DNA from: Halorarum halobium
GTDB lineage: Archaea > Halobacteriota > Halobacteria > Halobacteriales > Haloferacaceae
Assembly: GCF_032116555.1 (NCBI RefSeq)
Contig: NZ_CP134949.1
Span: 2,170,001 to 2,234,000, forward strand
DNA: 64,000 bases
Direction: 5' to 3'
This document shows positions 29,880 to 41,185 of this stretch, in pieces (the stretch's first letter is position 1; every line of letters starts with the position of its first letter). The notes under the pieces are model-generated. The model searched no databases. It was not told the DNA's origin and saw only the letters and a list, made by a program, of their open reading frames with translations. The translations under genes were made by a program, and so were the position numbers.

Positions 29880-32132
29880 ATGAGCGACCGCACCGACCCG
29901 ACCACGACCGAGATCAGATCGCTCGACGACCGAACCGTCCGCGAGATCGCCGCCGGCGAGGTCGTCGAACGCCCCGCGTCCGTCGTGAAGGAACTCGTCG
30001 AGAACGCGCTCGACGCCGGCGCGGGGCGCGTCTCGGTCGCCGTCGAGAACGGCGGCATCGACGGCATCCGGGTCCGGGACGACGGCGAGGGGATGGCCCC
30101 CGACCAGCTCCCCGGGGCCGTCGCCAAACACGCCACGAGCAAGCTGGGCGGCATCGACGACCTCGACTCGGGCGTCGCCACGCTGGGCTTCCGCGGCGAG
30201 GCGCTCCACACCGTCGGCGCGGTCGCGGAGTTGACCGTCCGCTCGCGCCCGCCCGCCGCCGACACCGGCGCCGAACTGGCCGTCGACCACGGCGACGAGG
30301 GCGACGTCGAGCCGGCGGGCTGTCCGGTCGGCACGACCGTCGAGGTCCGGGACCTGTTCGGCGAGACGCCCGCGCGCCGGAAGTTCCTCAAGACGCCCGC
30401 GACCGAGTTCGACCGGATCAACGGCGTCGTCTCAGCGTACGCGCTCGCCAACCCCGACGTGGCCGTCTCGCTGGAGCACGACGGCCGCGAGGTGTTCGCC
30501 TCGAACGGCGACGGGAACCTTCGCTCTGCGGTCCTGGCGGTGTACGGCCGGACGGTCGCGGAGTCGATGGTGGACGTCGACCGCGGCGGCGATGAAACGG
30601 AAGCAGGCCGGAGCGACGGCGGCGAGGGAACCGGCGTCTCCGTCTCGGGGCTCGTCTCGCACCCGGAGACGACCCGAGCTGGCAGGGAGTACCTCACGAC
30701 GTTCGTGAACGGCCGCTGGGTGCGCGACGGCGACCTCCGCGGCGCGGTCGTGGACGCCTACGGCGGGCAACTCGCGCCGGACCGCTACCCGTTCGCCGCC
30801 CTGTTCGTCGACGTGCCCGCCGACGCCGTGGACGTGAACGTCCACCCGCGCAAGACGGAGGTCCGGTTCGACGACGACGTGGACGTGACGGGGACGGTCC
30901 GGGACGCGGTCCGGAACGGCCTGCTCGAGCACGGACTGATCCGCAGTTCCGCGCCGCGCGGGAAGTCGGCCCCCGAGGAGGCCGCCGTCGACCCCGAGGT
31001 CGTCGGCGGGGCCGGCACCGACCACGAGCGCGCCGCGGCCGACGCCCGGGCCGACGAGGACGGAGACGCGGACGATGGCGACACCGCGGACGAAGCGGGG
31101 GCCGGGACGACCTCGTCGGTGCTCGACGCCTGGGGCGGCTCCCCGGCCGCGGACCCCGAGGCTCCGGGCGCCGACTCCGGCTCCGGGACGGTTCGGAAAC
31201 CGGAGGACGAAAAGACGGCGGATGACGAATCGGCGGTCGAGGGGACGGCGGGGGACGTGGACGAAGTGACGACCGACGCCGCGACCGGAGCGGCCGACCG
31301 ACCGACCGACCACCCGGTCCGACGGCCGCACCACGACGAACCGTGGAGCGACCGCCCGTCACCGCGCCGGTGGCAGGCCGAGGACTCGCCGGACGGGGGA
31401 CCGTCGACTGACGACCGATCGGGTGACGATCCCCGACCGACCGACGATCCGACCCGGCAGGCCCCCCGACAGTCGACGCTCGCCGGCGGCACCACCGACG
31501 AGCGGACGGAGCACGACTCGCTGCCCGCGATGCGCGTGCTCGGCCAGTACGACGGGACGTACGTCGTCTGCGAGACCGACGAGGGACTGGTGCTGGTCGA
31601 CCAACACGCCGCCGACGAGCGGGTGAACTACGAACGGCTCCGCGCGGCCGCCACCGAGGACGCGCCGGCACAGACGCTCGCCGAGCCGGTCGAACTCGAA
31701 CTCACCGCCCGCGAGGTCGAACTGTTCGAGACGTTCCGCGACGCGCTGCTGTCGGTCGGGTTCGCGGCCGAGCGCGCGGGCGACCGGACCGTCGCCGTGA
31801 CGGCGGTGCCGGCCGTGTTCGACGCAACGCTCGACCCGGACCTCCTGCGGGACGTGCTCGCGGCGTTCGCCGACGAGGTCGCCGCGGGGGACCGGCCGGT
31901 GGCCGAAGTCGCGGACGCGCTGCTCTCGGACCTGGCGTGTTACCCCTCGGTCACCGGCAACACGTCGCTCACCGAGGGCTCGGTCGCGGACCTGCTCTCG
32001 GCGCTCGACGACTGCGAGAACCCCTACGCCTGCCCGCACGGCCGGCCCGTGCTCGTGGAGTTCGGGCGCGGCGAGATCGAAGCGCGGTTCGAGCGTGACT
32101 ACCCCGGCCACGCCGGCCGGCGCGAGGAGTAG
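29880..32132 (+). CDS. mutL: DNA mismatch repair endonuclease MutL
   Basis: '[24 protein letters not shown]', 'GFRGEAL', [18 protein letters not shown]. Confidence 0.96.
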   Translation: MSDRTDPTTTEIRSLDDRTVREIAAGEVVERPASVVKELVENALDAGAGRVSVAVENGGIDGIRVRDDGEGMAPDQLPGAVAKHATSKLGGIDDLDSGVATLGFRGEALHTVGAVAELTVRSRPPAADTGAELAVDHGDEGDVEPAGCPVGTTVEVRDLFGETPARRKFLKTPATEFDRINGVVSAYALANPDVAVSLEHDGREVFASNGDGNLRSAVLAVYGRTVAESMVDVDRGGDETEAGRSDGGEGTGVSVSGLVSHPETTRAGREYLTTFVNGRWVRDGDLRGAVVDAYGGQLAPDRYPFAALFVDVPADAVDVNVHPRKTEVRFDDDVDVTGTVRDAVRNGLLEHGLIRSSAPRGKSAPEEAAVDPEVVGGAGTDHERAAADARADEDGDADDGDTADEAGAGTTSSVLDAWGGSPAADPEAPGADSGSGTVRKPEDEKTADDESAVEGTAGDVDEVTTDAATGAADRPTDHPVRRPHHDEPWSDRPSPRRWQAEDSPDGGPSTDDRSGDDPRPTDDPTRQAPRQSTLAGGTTDERTEHDSLPAMRVLGQYDGTYVVCETDEGLVLVDQHAADERVNYERLRAAATEDAPAQTLAEPVELELTAREVELFETFRDALLSVGFAAERAGDRTVAVTAVPAVFDATLDPDLLRDVLAAFADEVAAGDRPVAEVADALLSDLACYPSVTGNTSLTEGSVADLLSALDDCENPYACPHGRPVLVEFGRGEIEARFERDYPGHAGRREE

Positions 32133-32217
32133 CCGCCGGTCGGGCCCGGGTCCGACCGGTCGCGCTCGCGGCCGGCATTCCCACGGGTTCATGTGTCCCG
32201 GCTCCGACCTCCCGCCC

Positions 32218-33177
32218 ATGACCGACCTCGTCACGTTCGGGGAGACGATGCTCCGGCTCTCGCCGCCGGAGGGGGTCAGGCTGGAGACCGCCCGCGAGTT
32301 CGACGTGCGCGTCGGCGGCGCGGAGAGCAACGTCGCCGTCGCGGCTGCGTCGCTGGGGCTGGAGTCGGCGTGGCTCTCGAAGCTCCCGGACTCGCCGCTC
32401 GGCAGACGGATCGTCCACGAACTGCGCGGCTACGGCGTCGAGACCGACGTCGCGTGGGACGGCCGCGAGGACGCGCGCCTGGGCACCTACTACCTCGAAC
32501 CGGGCGGGGAACCGCGCGGGACCGACGTCGTGTACGACCGCGCCGACGCCGCCATCACGACCGTCTCGGCCGACGAACTCCCGACCGAGTCGCTCCGGGA
32601 CGCCGAGTACGTGTACACGAGCGGCATCACGCCGGCGCTCTCCCAGCAAGCCGCCGAGACGTCGATCCAGCTCCTGAACGCCGCGCGGGAGGCGGGGGCG
32701 ACGACCGCGTTCGACCTCAACTATCGGAGCAAACTGTGGGACCCTGCTTCGGCCCGCGAGGGGTTCCGGGCGCTGTTCCCCCACGTCGACGTGCTCGTCG
32801 CGGCGCGGCGAGACGCGGCGGAAGTGCTCGGCCGCGACGGTGATCCGGTCGAGGTCGCACACGGGCTCGCGACCGACCACGGGTTCGAGACGGTCGTCAT
32901 CACGCGCGGGGACCGCGGGTCGCTTGCGCTCCACGACGGGGAGATCCACGAACAGCCGATCTACGAGGCCGAGACGCTCGACCCCATCGGCACCGGCGAC
33001 TCGTTCGTCGGCGGCTTCCTGGCCAGGCGCGCACGCGGCGGGAGCGTCCCGTCGGCCCTGGAGTGGGGCGCGGCGACGGCGTCGCTCAAGCGGACGGTCG
33101 CCGGCGATCTGGCGGCCGTCACGCCCGCGGAGGTCGAGCGCGTCGTGGCCGAGGGCGACGGCGGCATCTCGCGGTAG
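32218..33177 (+). CDS. kdgK: 2-keto-3-deoxygluconate kinase (PfkB family)
   Basis: '[11 protein letters not shown]', 'GGAESNVA', 'DPIGTGDSF'. Confidence 0.88.
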   Translation: MTDLVTFGETMLRLSPPEGVRLETAREFDVRVGGAESNVAVAAASLGLESAWLSKLPDSPLGRRIVHELRGYGVETDVAWDGREDARLGTYYLEPGGEPRGTDVVYDRADAAITTVSADELPTESLRDAEYVYTSGITPALSQQAAETSIQLLNAAREAGATTAFDLNYRSKLWDPASAREGFRALFPHVDVLVAARRDAAEVLGRDGDPVEVAHGLATDHGFETVVITRGDRGSLALHDGEIHEQPIYEAETLDPIGTGDSFVGGFLARRARGGSVPSALEWGAATASLKRTVAGDLAAVTPAEVERVVAEGDGGISR

Positions 33178-33187
33178 CCCGATTCGC

Positions 33188-33784
33188 ATGGGAGGGGAGT
33201 CGCCGTATCCGGTCGTCGAAGCGCCCCGGAGCGGGAAGCGCGTCCGCTACCTCGAAACCGCCGAGGACACCGACGGTGCCGCCGCCCGGTTCGAGATGTG
33301 GCTCGCGCCCCCGCCCGACTCTCACGGCCCGATGCGACACGTCCACCCCGAGCAGGACGAGATCCTCGAAGTCCGCGATGGCAGCCTCGGAGTCTGGCAC
33401 GACGGACGGACCCTGGAGCTCTCGCCCGGCGAGCGCGTGACGATTCCGGCGGGCGACCCGCACCGGTTCTGGAACGCTGGCGAGGGGGAACTCCACCTCG
33501 TCGGCGAGGTGCGACCGGGACGCTCGACGGAGGCGTTCATGTACGTGACCTACGGGATGGGGGGCGACTACGCGACGACGCCGTCGGGCATGCCGCTCAA
33601 CCCGCTCCGGCTCGCACCGGTTCTCGAGCGGTACGATGACCTGCTGTATCTCGCGCTCGTTCCGATCTGGCTCCAGAAGTTCGGCATTCGGCTCCTCGCC
33701 CCGCTTGGCCGGTTGTTCGGCTTCTCGGGGGAGTACCCGGAGTACGTGCCCCCGGGGCGGGAGGAGTGTCTTCGGCGGTCGTGA
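33188..33784 (+). CDS. Cupin domain protein
   Basis: 'HVHPEQDE' and 'IPAGDPHRFWN'. Confidence 0.85.
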   Translation: MGGESPYPVVEAPRSGKRVRYLETAEDTDGAAARFEMWLAPPPDSHGPMRHVHPEQDEILEVRDGSLGVWHDGRTLELSPGERVTIPAGDPHRFWNAGEGELHLVGEVRPGRSTEAFMYVTYGMGGDYATTPSGMPLNPLRLAPVLERYDDLLYLALVPIWLQKFGIRLLAPLGRLFGFSGEYPEYVPPGREECLRRS

Positions 33785-33841
33785 GTCCCGGCGGTCGGGA
33801 CCGGACCAGCACCGCCGACCCGGGTGCAACGGACGGACGAG

Positions 33842-34444
33842 TCAGCCGTTCTCGACGTGGTTCAGCGCGGTCGCGTACGCCTCCCTGACCCGCGTGAACG
33901 CCTCGCGGCTGCCGCCGCGGTCCGGATGCGACTCCTTGACCCGCTCGCGGTAGGCCGACTCGACGGCGTCCTCGTCGGCTCCCCGGGGGAGTCCGAGCGT
34001 CTCGAACGCGGCTCGGACCGGGTCGCGGTCGGATCCGTCGTCGAGGTCCGGCACGCCGAACGGGAGGCGACGGCCGAGCTGATGGCCGGGCATCTCGTGT
34101 TCACAGAGCACGACGTGGCGACCGTCCTCGGCGTCGCGGAGCCGGAAGTACGCCTGCGCGTCGAAGGTGATGACGACGTCCCGTTCGGGGAGGTAGAACG
34201 CCACTTCCCGTCCGTCGAGGACGTACCGCTCGTGGAACCGCTCGTCGATGGCCGCGAGGTACTGGCGGATCTCCGCGCGGCGGCGGAGCGAGCCGCGTGA
34301 CTCGCTCGCGGTCCGGGCTGGCGGGTCGGGGAACCACCGGTTCGCCGCGAGAAACACCGCAGCGACGAGCGTCGAGGCCGCGGCGCCGACCCCGACGCCC
34401 AGCATCAGCCACGCGGGCAGCATCCCGAGCCACTGGTCGAGCAC
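33842..34444 (-). CDS. Membrane-anchored J-domain protein
   Basis: N-terminal TM; C-terminal 'HPDRGG' J domain. Confidence 0.88.
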   Translation of the reverse strand: MLDQWLGMLPAWLMLGVGVGAAASTLVAAVFLAANRWFPDPPARTASESRGSLRRRAEIRQYLAAIDERFHERYVLDGREVAFYLPERDVVITFDAQAYFRLRDAEDGRHVVLCEHEMPGHQLGRRLPFGVPDLDDGSDRDPVRAAFETLGLPRGADEDAVESAYRERVKESHPDRGGSREAFTRVREAYATALNHVENG

Positions 34445-34546
34445 AGTCGTGGTTGGCGGCCGGCGAAGTTGAACCTCCCGGAACGCGCAGTCGCCCGAAG
34501 AAAACTGGATCGGTGCGCGGCGCGAAGCGCCGCGACGGGGTCCGGC

Positions 34547-34804
34547 TCAGAGCATGTCTTCGGCCTTCAGCCCCTCGATGACGTCGTCGACGAGCGACTC
34601 GACGTCGTCGTAGGGGAACTCCTGGTGGGAGCCGAGCTTGGCGGCCATCTCCATCGCGGTGAAGGAGGTGTCGCCGGCCTCGAAGCGCGTGCCCGGGCCG
34701 CTCGGGAGCGCGGGGACGAGGTCCATCTGGTTCGAGACGGGGTAGTCGGCCCCCTCGAACGCCTCGGTCAGCTGCGAGCGGAGTTCCGCCTCTGTGTCAC
34801 TCAT
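34547..34804 (-). CDS. MTH865 family protein
   Basis: 'FEGADYPVSNQMDLVPALP.GP.T', 'FPY'. Confidence 0.85.
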   Translation of the reverse strand: MSDTEAELRSQLTEAFEGADYPVSNQMDLVPALPSGPGTRFEAGDTSFTAMEMAAKLGSHQEFPYDDVESLVDDVIEGLKAEDML

Positions 34805-34931
34805 GCCCGCATCCGGGGCCGTTGCGACAAAAAGCGTTCCGGAACCACTGAAAACTCCGGGAGAGTTCCAACTCCCGGCCGGCCGGGCCGGAACTCGTGG
34901 CTTTAGGAGCCTCGACGCGCCAGCAGCACGC

Positions 34932-35990
34932 ATGTCGTTCGAGTTCGAGTTCGACCTGCTACGCGAACTGACGGAGACGAGCGGGGTGCCGGGGTACGAG
35001 GATCGGGTGCGCGAGGTGGCCGAGCGCGAACTGGCCGAACGGACCGACGAGGTCCGGACCGACGCGATGGGGAACGTCGTCGGGACGGTCCACGGCGCCG
35101 ACGGCGGCGACTACGAGGTGGCGGTCGCGGCCCACATGGACGAGATCGGGTTCATGGTCAAACACGTCACCGAGGACGGCTTCCTGAAACTCGACGCGCT
35201 CGGCGGGTGGGACGCGCGCGTGCTCCGCGCCCAGCGCGTCCGGGTCCACACAGACGACGGCGACCTGACGGGGGTCATCGGCTCGGTTCCCCCGCACACG
35301 CTCGACGAGGAGGAGGCGGAGGCGGACGACACCGTCGAGGGTGCGGTCGTCGACCTCGGAATGGACGGCGACGCCGTCGCCGAGTCGGTCTCGGTCGGCG
35401 ATCTGGTGACGATGGAGCAGTCGACCGTCGAACTGGGCGACTGCGTGACGGGCAAGGCGCTCGACGACCGGGTCTGCCTGTTCGCGATGCTCGAGGCCGC
35501 AGAGCGGGTCGAGAACCCGGACGTGACGATCCACTTCTGTGCCACCGTGCAGGAGGAGGTCGGCCTCCGCGGCGCGAGGGCGCTCGGCGTCGACGTCGAC
35601 CCGGATCTGGCGGTCGCGCTCGACGTCACCGTCGCCAGCGACGTCCCGGGCGTCAGCGAGGACAAGCGGGTGACGGAACTCGGCGAGGGGACCGCGATCA
35701 AGCTGAAGGACTCCTCGGTCATCACGACGCCGAAGGTCCACCGCCGGCTCCGCGCGGTCGCCGAGGACGAGGGGATCGACCACCAGCTCGAGGTGCTCCC
35801 CGCGGGCGGGACCGACACCGCCGGCTTCCAGAACACGAACGGCGCGAAACCGGTCGGCGCGATCTCGATTCCCACGCGCTATCTCCACACGGTGACCGAG
35901 ACGGCAAACGGCGACGACGTCGCCGACACGGTCGACCTGCTGACGGCGTTCCTCGACACCGAGACGGGCGAGCACGACTACTCGCTGTAG
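34932..35990 (+). CDS. M42 family aminopeptidase
   Basis: 'AAHMDEIG', 'KALDDR', 'QEEVGLRGA', 'GGTD', 'RYLHT'. Confidence 0.93.
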   Translation: MSFEFEFDLLRELTETSGVPGYEDRVREVAERELAERTDEVRTDAMGNVVGTVHGADGGDYEVAVAAHMDEIGFMVKHVTEDGFLKLDALGGWDARVLRAQRVRVHTDDGDLTGVIGSVPPHTLDEEEAEADDTVEGAVVDLGMDGDAVAESVSVGDLVTMEQSTVELGDCVTGKALDDRVCLFAMLEAAERVENPDVTIHFCATVQEEVGLRGARALGVDVDPDLAVALDVTVASDVPGVSEDKRVTELGEGTAIKLKDSSVITTPKVHRRLRAVAEDEGIDHQLEVLPAGGTDTAGFQNTNGAKPVGAISIPTRYLHTVTETANGDDVADTVDLLTAFLDTETGEHDYSL

Positions 35991-36263
35991 CTCCGGAAGT
36001 CCGGCGTTTCAGCGCGTGTTAGGTCGAGGATTGTTCTGTTCCAGCAAGATTCGTGGTCCCTCTGCGGTACCACTCCGCTACCTACCGTGAGGGAGGGAGG
36101 CGTGGCGAAGCCACGCCGAACGAGCGAGCGGCATTTTGTCATCGACGGGGTTTGCGGGGGGTCTGGCCGCAGCGTGTCGGCTTCGCCGACACGCGAGGAC
36201 ATGCCCCCCGACAAAAGCGGTCGAATCGACGGATTCACCTTGGGGAGGCGCAAACCCGCATCC

Positions 36264-36890
36264 ATGAGCGAGCAGATGAGCCGCCGGAACTTCATCCGGG
36301 GCGCCGCGGGCGCGACCGCCCTCTCGGCCGGCGTCGGCAGCGCGGCCGCACAGGAGGGAACCGGCACTGGTACCGGGACCGGTGAGGGGACCGGAACGGC
36401 TGGCGGCACCGGAACGGCGACGGGCGGCGGTGGCGGTGGCGGCGGCAGCGCCACGGTCGCCGTCGGTCCCGACGGTGACTTCGTGTTCACGCCGGGGACC
36501 GACGAACCGCTCTACGTCACGCCCGGGACGACGGTGACCTTCGTCTGGGAGTCAGACAACCACAACGTCGTCGTGGACACTCAGCCCTCGGACGCGAGCT
36601 GGTCCGGCCACGAGACGATCGAGAACACGGGCTTCGAGTTCTCGTACACGTTCGACGTGCTCGGCACGTACGAGTACTTCTGCCAGCCCCACCAGCAGCA
36701 GGGGATGGTCGGCACCATCGAGGTCGTCGAGAGCACGCCGACCGCGACGCCCGCGCCGGCCGGCCCGCCCGAGGTGCCCGAGTCGGCCAAGAGCCTCGGC
36801 GTCGCCGCCTTCATCGCGATGTGCTCGACGCTCGGGCTGGCGTTCTTCTTCACGAAGTACGGCGGCGACTACGAGCCGCCCGAGGAGTAG
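36264..36890 (+). CDS. Halocyanin / plastocyanin-like blue copper protein
   Basis: Tat 'SRRNFI'; HNV and 'YFCQPHQQQGM' copper ligands; C-terminal TM. Confidence 0.9.
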   Translation: MSEQMSRRNFIRGAAGATALSAGVGSAAAQEGTGTGTGTGEGTGTAGGTGTATGGGGGGGGSATVAVGPDGDFVFTPGTDEPLYVTPGTTVTFVWESDNHNVVVDTQPSDASWSGHETIENTGFEFSYTFDVLGTYEYFCQPHQQQGMVGTIEVVESTPTATPAPAGPPEVPESAKSLGVAAFIAMCSTLGLAFFFTKYGGDYEPPEE

Positions 36891-36943
36891 CGGAGCGACG
36901 ACGGTCGCCGATTCTCGCGGATCGGTGAGATGCGGACGAGCGC

Positions 36944-37825
36944 TCAGTCGAGCACCAGCCACGGCACGTCGACGAGCGGCGGGATGTGCGTCTCCACGTG
37001 GTGTTCCCACACGTCCTGCTCGCCGAACGCCTCGCCGTGGTCCGAGGTGACGACGATCCGACCCTCGAGGTCCGCGGCCAGGTCCGCCGCCGCTTCGAGC
37101 GCGAGCCGGAGGTTCTCCTCGTAGTAGGTCTCGATCGTCTCGCGGAGCCCCCGGCTGCCGACGTCGAACACGCTCGCCGGGTCGAGTTCCACGAGCATCC
37201 CGATCATCATGGCGAGCTGGCTCCGGCCGAGCCGGCGTTCGACACGCTGGCGGAGGTCGCCGAGCACCGGGAGCCCGTCGTCGGTCGGCTCCGTCCCGCC
37301 GGGTTCGATGATCCCGCTGCGGATGTGTTTCAGCTTGCGCCCGCGCCCCCTCCGGAGGTACGGCGCGTGCGGCTGGAGGTAGTGGACCACCATGCCGTCC
37401 TCGCCGTGCTCCTCGTCGATCCGGTCGCGTGCGGCCGCCGTCACCGCGCCGGGGACCACCGCGCCGAGGTCGTCGTCCCAGGCGTCCCGCCAGAGGTCGA
37501 CGACCTCGGTGATGTGGTCGGCGGCGGCCCACTCGTAGTCGCAGGAGGCACCCCACTTCAGCTCGTTCAGCGGGATGCCGAGGCTGTTGATGAATGGGTT
37601 CGCGGAGAGGTACGTCAGGTCGGCGGTGCCGGTGAACGTCTTGGCGGCCCATTCGGGGGTGGCCGACCCGGGACTCCGTCGCTTCTCGAGTCGCCCGTCG
37701 AAGTACTCGCCGTGGAGTTCCTCGAAGAAGTCGTATCGACAGGCGTCGAGCACGATGAGATAGTCCCACTCCTCCTCGACGACGTTCTGGTCGGGGAGCG
37801 TGGTAGGCATCGGTTCAGTATTCAT
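36944..37825 (-). CDS. Alkaline phosphatase/sulfatase-superfamily protein
   Basis: 'LIVLDACRYD', 'HYLQPHAPY', 'TSDHGE'. Confidence 0.8.
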   Translation of the reverse strand: MNTEPMPTTLPDQNVVEEEWDYLIVLDACRYDFFEELHGEYFDGRLEKRRSPGSATPEWAAKTFTGTADLTYLSANPFINSLGIPLNELKWGASCDYEWAAADHITEVVDLWRDAWDDDLGAVVPGAVTAAARDRIDEEHGEDGMVVHYLQPHAPYLRRGRGRKLKHIRSGIIEPGGTEPTDDGLPVLGDLRQRVERRLGRSQLAMMIGMLVELDPASVFDVGSRGLRETIETYYEENLRLALEAAADLAADLEGRIVVTSDHGEAFGEQDVWEHHVETHIPPLVDVPWLVLD

Positions 37826-37924
37826 ACACTGCGGGATATTTGTAGTGATTCGTTCCGCGCGGTCGCCGACTCGACCGTCGTCCGGCGTGGGCTCGGCCGC
37901 CTCGACGGCGCTGTGGGTTCCCGG

Positions 37925-38995
37925 TCATGAGAACAGTCCGTACTCGGCCACGACGGCCTCGTACCGGGTCTCGTACTCGCCGAGCACCGCGTCGTGGTCG
38001 AAGCCGGCGAACGTCTCGTTGACCGCCCGCGCCTCGAGGCTCCCGCAGGCGACGAACTCGTCGGCCAGTTCCTGCGGGCTGGTGACGAGCCGCCCCCGGT
38101 CGAGCCCCTCGACGAGTTCGTGTGCGCTCGAGCCGGCCTGGTACTCGACGAGCCCGACACAGCCGCACGCGAGCGCCCACAGCAGGTTCGTGGCGAACGG
38201 CTCGTAGGTCGCGGTCTGGGCGAACACGTGGGTCCCTTTCAGGACGGGGACGAACTCCGCCGGCGGGAGGTCGCCGACGAACGTCACGCGGTCGTCGATC
38301 CGCAGGTCGCGGGCGGTCCGCTCTGCGGCCGCCCGCTCCGGGCCGTCCCCGACGACGGCCGCGCGCCAGTCGCGGTCCCGAAGCTCGGCCAGCGCGAGCA
38401 GAAACGTTCCCACGTTCGCGTCGCCGTCGAGGTCCCGGGCGTACACGATGTCGAAGCTGTCGTCGACTGGCGACTTCCGGACCAGATCGAAGTCGATGCC
38501 CTCCGGAATCACGGTCACGTCCTCTGCGGCCGCACCGTACTCCCGAACCCCGGTCCGAACCGTCTCCGACGGCGTCACCACCGCGTCGGGCTTGCTCACC
38601 ACCTTGCGGTACTGGTTTCGGGAACCGATCTCCGGGTCGCGCTCCCACCAGTCGACGACGACCGGCGTCCGGAGCAGTCGGCCGGCGGTCTTCGCGGTCG
38701 CCGCGTGGGCCGGCGGTACGTTCACCGCGTGGATGACCTCGGGTGCCGCCCGGCGCAGCGCGAACGGGAGCTTCGATCGGAACGACCCGGCGCTGGTCGT
38801 CTCGGTGACGGCTCGGTAGTCGACGCCGTCCTGCTCGAAGTGGTCGATCTCGCCCTCCCACCACTGCGCGCCGAGCCAGGTCACGTCGTGACCGCGAGCC
38901 GCGAGCCCCTCGGCGATGCGTCGCGCTCGCCGGAACGCGGGGGCGTCCCGGTGCTCGGTCGTGAACATCGAGACGAACGCGACGCGCATTCTCAT
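37925..38995 (-). CDS. Glycosyltransferase family 4 protein
   Basis: 'MRVAFVS', 'LAARGHDV', 'VGDGPER', 'ALACG'; start at 38995 or 38989. Confidence 0.85.
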   Translation of the reverse strand: MRMRVAFVSMFTTEHRDAPAFRRARRIAEGLAARGHDVTWLGAQWWEGEIDHFEQDGVDYRAVTETTSAGSFRSKLPFALRRAAPEVIHAVNVPPAHAATAKTAGRLLRTPVVVDWWERDPEIGSRNQYRKVVSKPDAVVTPSETVRTGVREYGAAAEDVTVIPEGIDFDLVRKSPVDDSFDIVYARDLDGDANVGTFLLALAELRDRDWRAAVVGDGPERAAAERTARDLRIDDRVTFVGDLPPAEFVPVLKGTHVFAQTATYEPFATNLLWALACGCVGLVEYQAGSSAHELVEGLDRGRLVTSPQELADEFVACGSLEARAVNETFAGFDHDAVLGEYETRYEAVVAEYGLFS

Positions 38996-39117
38996 CCGGT
39001 CGCTTGCCACGTGGCGATAAAAATCCGTGTGGTCCGAATTTCGGGTTCGCGTGGGGGGTCGGCGTCGTTCGGTTGGTGGTTCGGGACACGTCGGACCCGA
39101 TACCGTGGCGACGACCA

Positions 39118-39132
39118 CGAAAGCCCCCGCGG
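39118..39132 (+). repeat. Solo terminal motif of the intergenic repeat family
   Basis: cgaaagcccccgcgg, identical to 15 bp of the 29620 TIR. Confidence 0.5.
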
Positions 39133-39222
39133 ACGGCCGGGAATCGTCGGTCGGTCGAGCACGAAGCCCCACGAGTCGCTGCCACCCGAACGCTTTCCGT
39201 CGATGCGGGCATATCACGCGAC

Positions 39223-41070
39223 ATGAACGATGCGCCCGCATCCCACGGCTCCGACGAGGGGTACGACATCGAGCGGTACCTCAACATCAGGAGCGCCCAC
39301 GGCGCCGACTTCGCGCCCGACGGCACCCTGGCGTTCCTCATGGACACGACGGGCACGCCGCAGGTCTGGACGCTGGCGGAACCCGGCGGCTGGCCGGTCC
39401 AGCACACGTTCTTCGACGAGCGCGTCACGTTCGTCGACTGGTCGCCCGAGCGGCGCGAACTCGTGTTCGGCATGGACGAGGGCGGCAACGAGCGCGTCCA
39501 GCTCCACCGGCTCACCCCCGACACCGGCCGGATCGTGAACCTCACCCAGCGCCCCGGCGCGAAACACCGCTGGGGCGGCTGGCGCTCCGACGGCGAACAG
39601 TTCGCGTTCGCCTCGAACCGGCGCGACGAGGCGGTGTTCGACGTGTACGTGCAGAGCCGCGACCGGACCGGCGGCGGCGCCGAACGCGTCTTCGAGGGCG
39701 ACGGCTGGCTCTCAGTGGTCGACTGGGGCCCCGAGGACGACCGGCTGTTGCTCCACGAGGCCCGCTCCAGCTTCGACCACGACCTCCACGTGCTCGACCT
39801 CGAATCCGGCGAGCGGCTCCACCTCACGCCCCACGACGGGAACGCGCGGTTCACCAGCCCGGAGTGGGGTCCCGACGGCGACGCGGTGTACTGCTGTACG
39901 GACCACGCGAGCGACACGCTCCGGCTCGAACGCCTCTCGGTCGACACCGGCGACCGCTCGGTGCTCGCCGACGGCGACGGCTGGAACGTCGACGGCGTCG
40001 CGCTGGACGAGGACTCCCGACGGCTCGTCTACTCGCGGAACGTCGACGGGTACACGGAGCTCTCGGCCGCGGAACTCGTCGGGACCGACGAACTCGAACC
40101 GCTGCCGGACCCGGACCACCCCCGCGGCGTCGCCGGCGGCGTCTCGTTCACGGATGGGGGCGACGCGTACGCGCTCACGGTCACCGGGAGCACCGTCAAC
40201 ACGAACGTCTACGTCGCCGACGCGGCCGGCGGCGACGCGGAGCGCTGGACGTACGCCGCGACGGCCGGCATCCCCGAGGACAGCTTCGTCGAACCGGAGC
40301 TCGTCCACTACCCGACGTTCGACGGCCGAGACATCCCCGCGTTCTTCTCTACTCCCTCCACCCCCCACGATGAGGGCTCGGAACACCGCGACACGCCGGT
40401 CATCGTCGACATCCACGGCGGCCCGGAGAGCCAGCGGAGGCCCTCGTTCAACGGCGTGAAGCAGTACTTCCTCTCGCAGGGGTACGCCGTGTTCGAGCCG
40501 AACGTCCGCGGCTCGTCGGGGTACGGGAAGGCCTACACCCACCTCGACGACGTGGAAAAGCGGATGGACTCGGTGGCCGACGTCAAGGCGGGCGTCGAGT
40601 GGCTCCACGACCACCCGGACGTCGAGCCGGACCGCATCGTCGCCATGGGCGGCTCCTACGGCGGCTTCATGACGCTCGCGGCGCTCACCGAGCACCCCGA
40701 CCTCTGGGCGGCCGGGGTCGACATCGTCGGCATCGCCAACTTCGTCACGTTCCTCGAGAACACCGGCGACTGGCGGCGCGAACTCCGGGAGGCCGAGTAC
40801 GGCAGCCTCGCGGAGGACCGGGAGTTCCTCGAGTCCGTCTCGCCCACGACGAACATCGACGCCATCGAGGCGCCGCTGTTCGTCCTCCACGGCGAGAACG
40901 ACCCGCGCGTCCCCGTGGGCGAAGCCGAACAGATCGTCGAGCGGGCCCGCGAGCAGGGCGTCCCCGTGCGAAAGCTGGTCTTCGAGGACGAGGGTCACGG
41001 GTTCACGAAGCTGGAGAACCGCATCGAGGCGTACCGCGCCATCGCGGAGTTCCTCGCGGAACACGTCTGA
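39223..41070 (+). CDS. S9 family (acylaminoacyl/prolyl oligo-) peptidase
   Basis: Propeller region, then 'IHGGP', GGSYGG, 'HGENDPRV', 'EGHG'. Confidence 0.93.
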   Translation: MNDAPASHGSDEGYDIERYLNIRSAHGADFAPDGTLAFLMDTTGTPQVWTLAEPGGWPVQHTFFDERVTFVDWSPERRELVFGMDEGGNERVQLHRLTPDTGRIVNLTQRPGAKHRWGGWRSDGEQFAFASNRRDEAVFDVYVQSRDRTGGGAERVFEGDGWLSVVDWGPEDDRLLLHEARSSFDHDLHVLDLESGERLHLTPHDGNARFTSPEWGPDGDAVYCCTDHASDTLRLERLSVDTGDRSVLADGDGWNVDGVALDEDSRRLVYSRNVDGYTELSAAELVGTDELEPLPDPDHPRGVAGGVSFTDGGDAYALTVTGSTVNTNVYVADAAGGDAERWTYAATAGIPEDSFVEPELVHYPTFDGRDIPAFFSTPSTPHDEGSEHRDTPVIVDIHGGPESQRRPSFNGVKQYFLSQGYAVFEPNVRGSSGYGKAYTHLDDVEKRMDSVADVKAGVEWLHDHPDVEPDRIVAMGGSYGGFMTLAALTEHPDLWAAGVDIVGIANFVTFLENTGDWRRELREAEYGSLAEDREFLESVSPTTNIDAIEAPLFVLHGENDPRVPVGEAEQIVERAREQGVPVRKLVFEDEGHGFTKLENRIEAYRAIAEFLAEHV

Positions 41071-41185
41071 GGTCACGTGCACGCGCCGGGCCGAACTCGG
41101 TGCCGCCGGATGCCCGTCCGGCCCCGGCGACACGTGTCGTCCCGGCGACGAATGAATTATACAGGTCGACTCGCGTGGTGGTCAT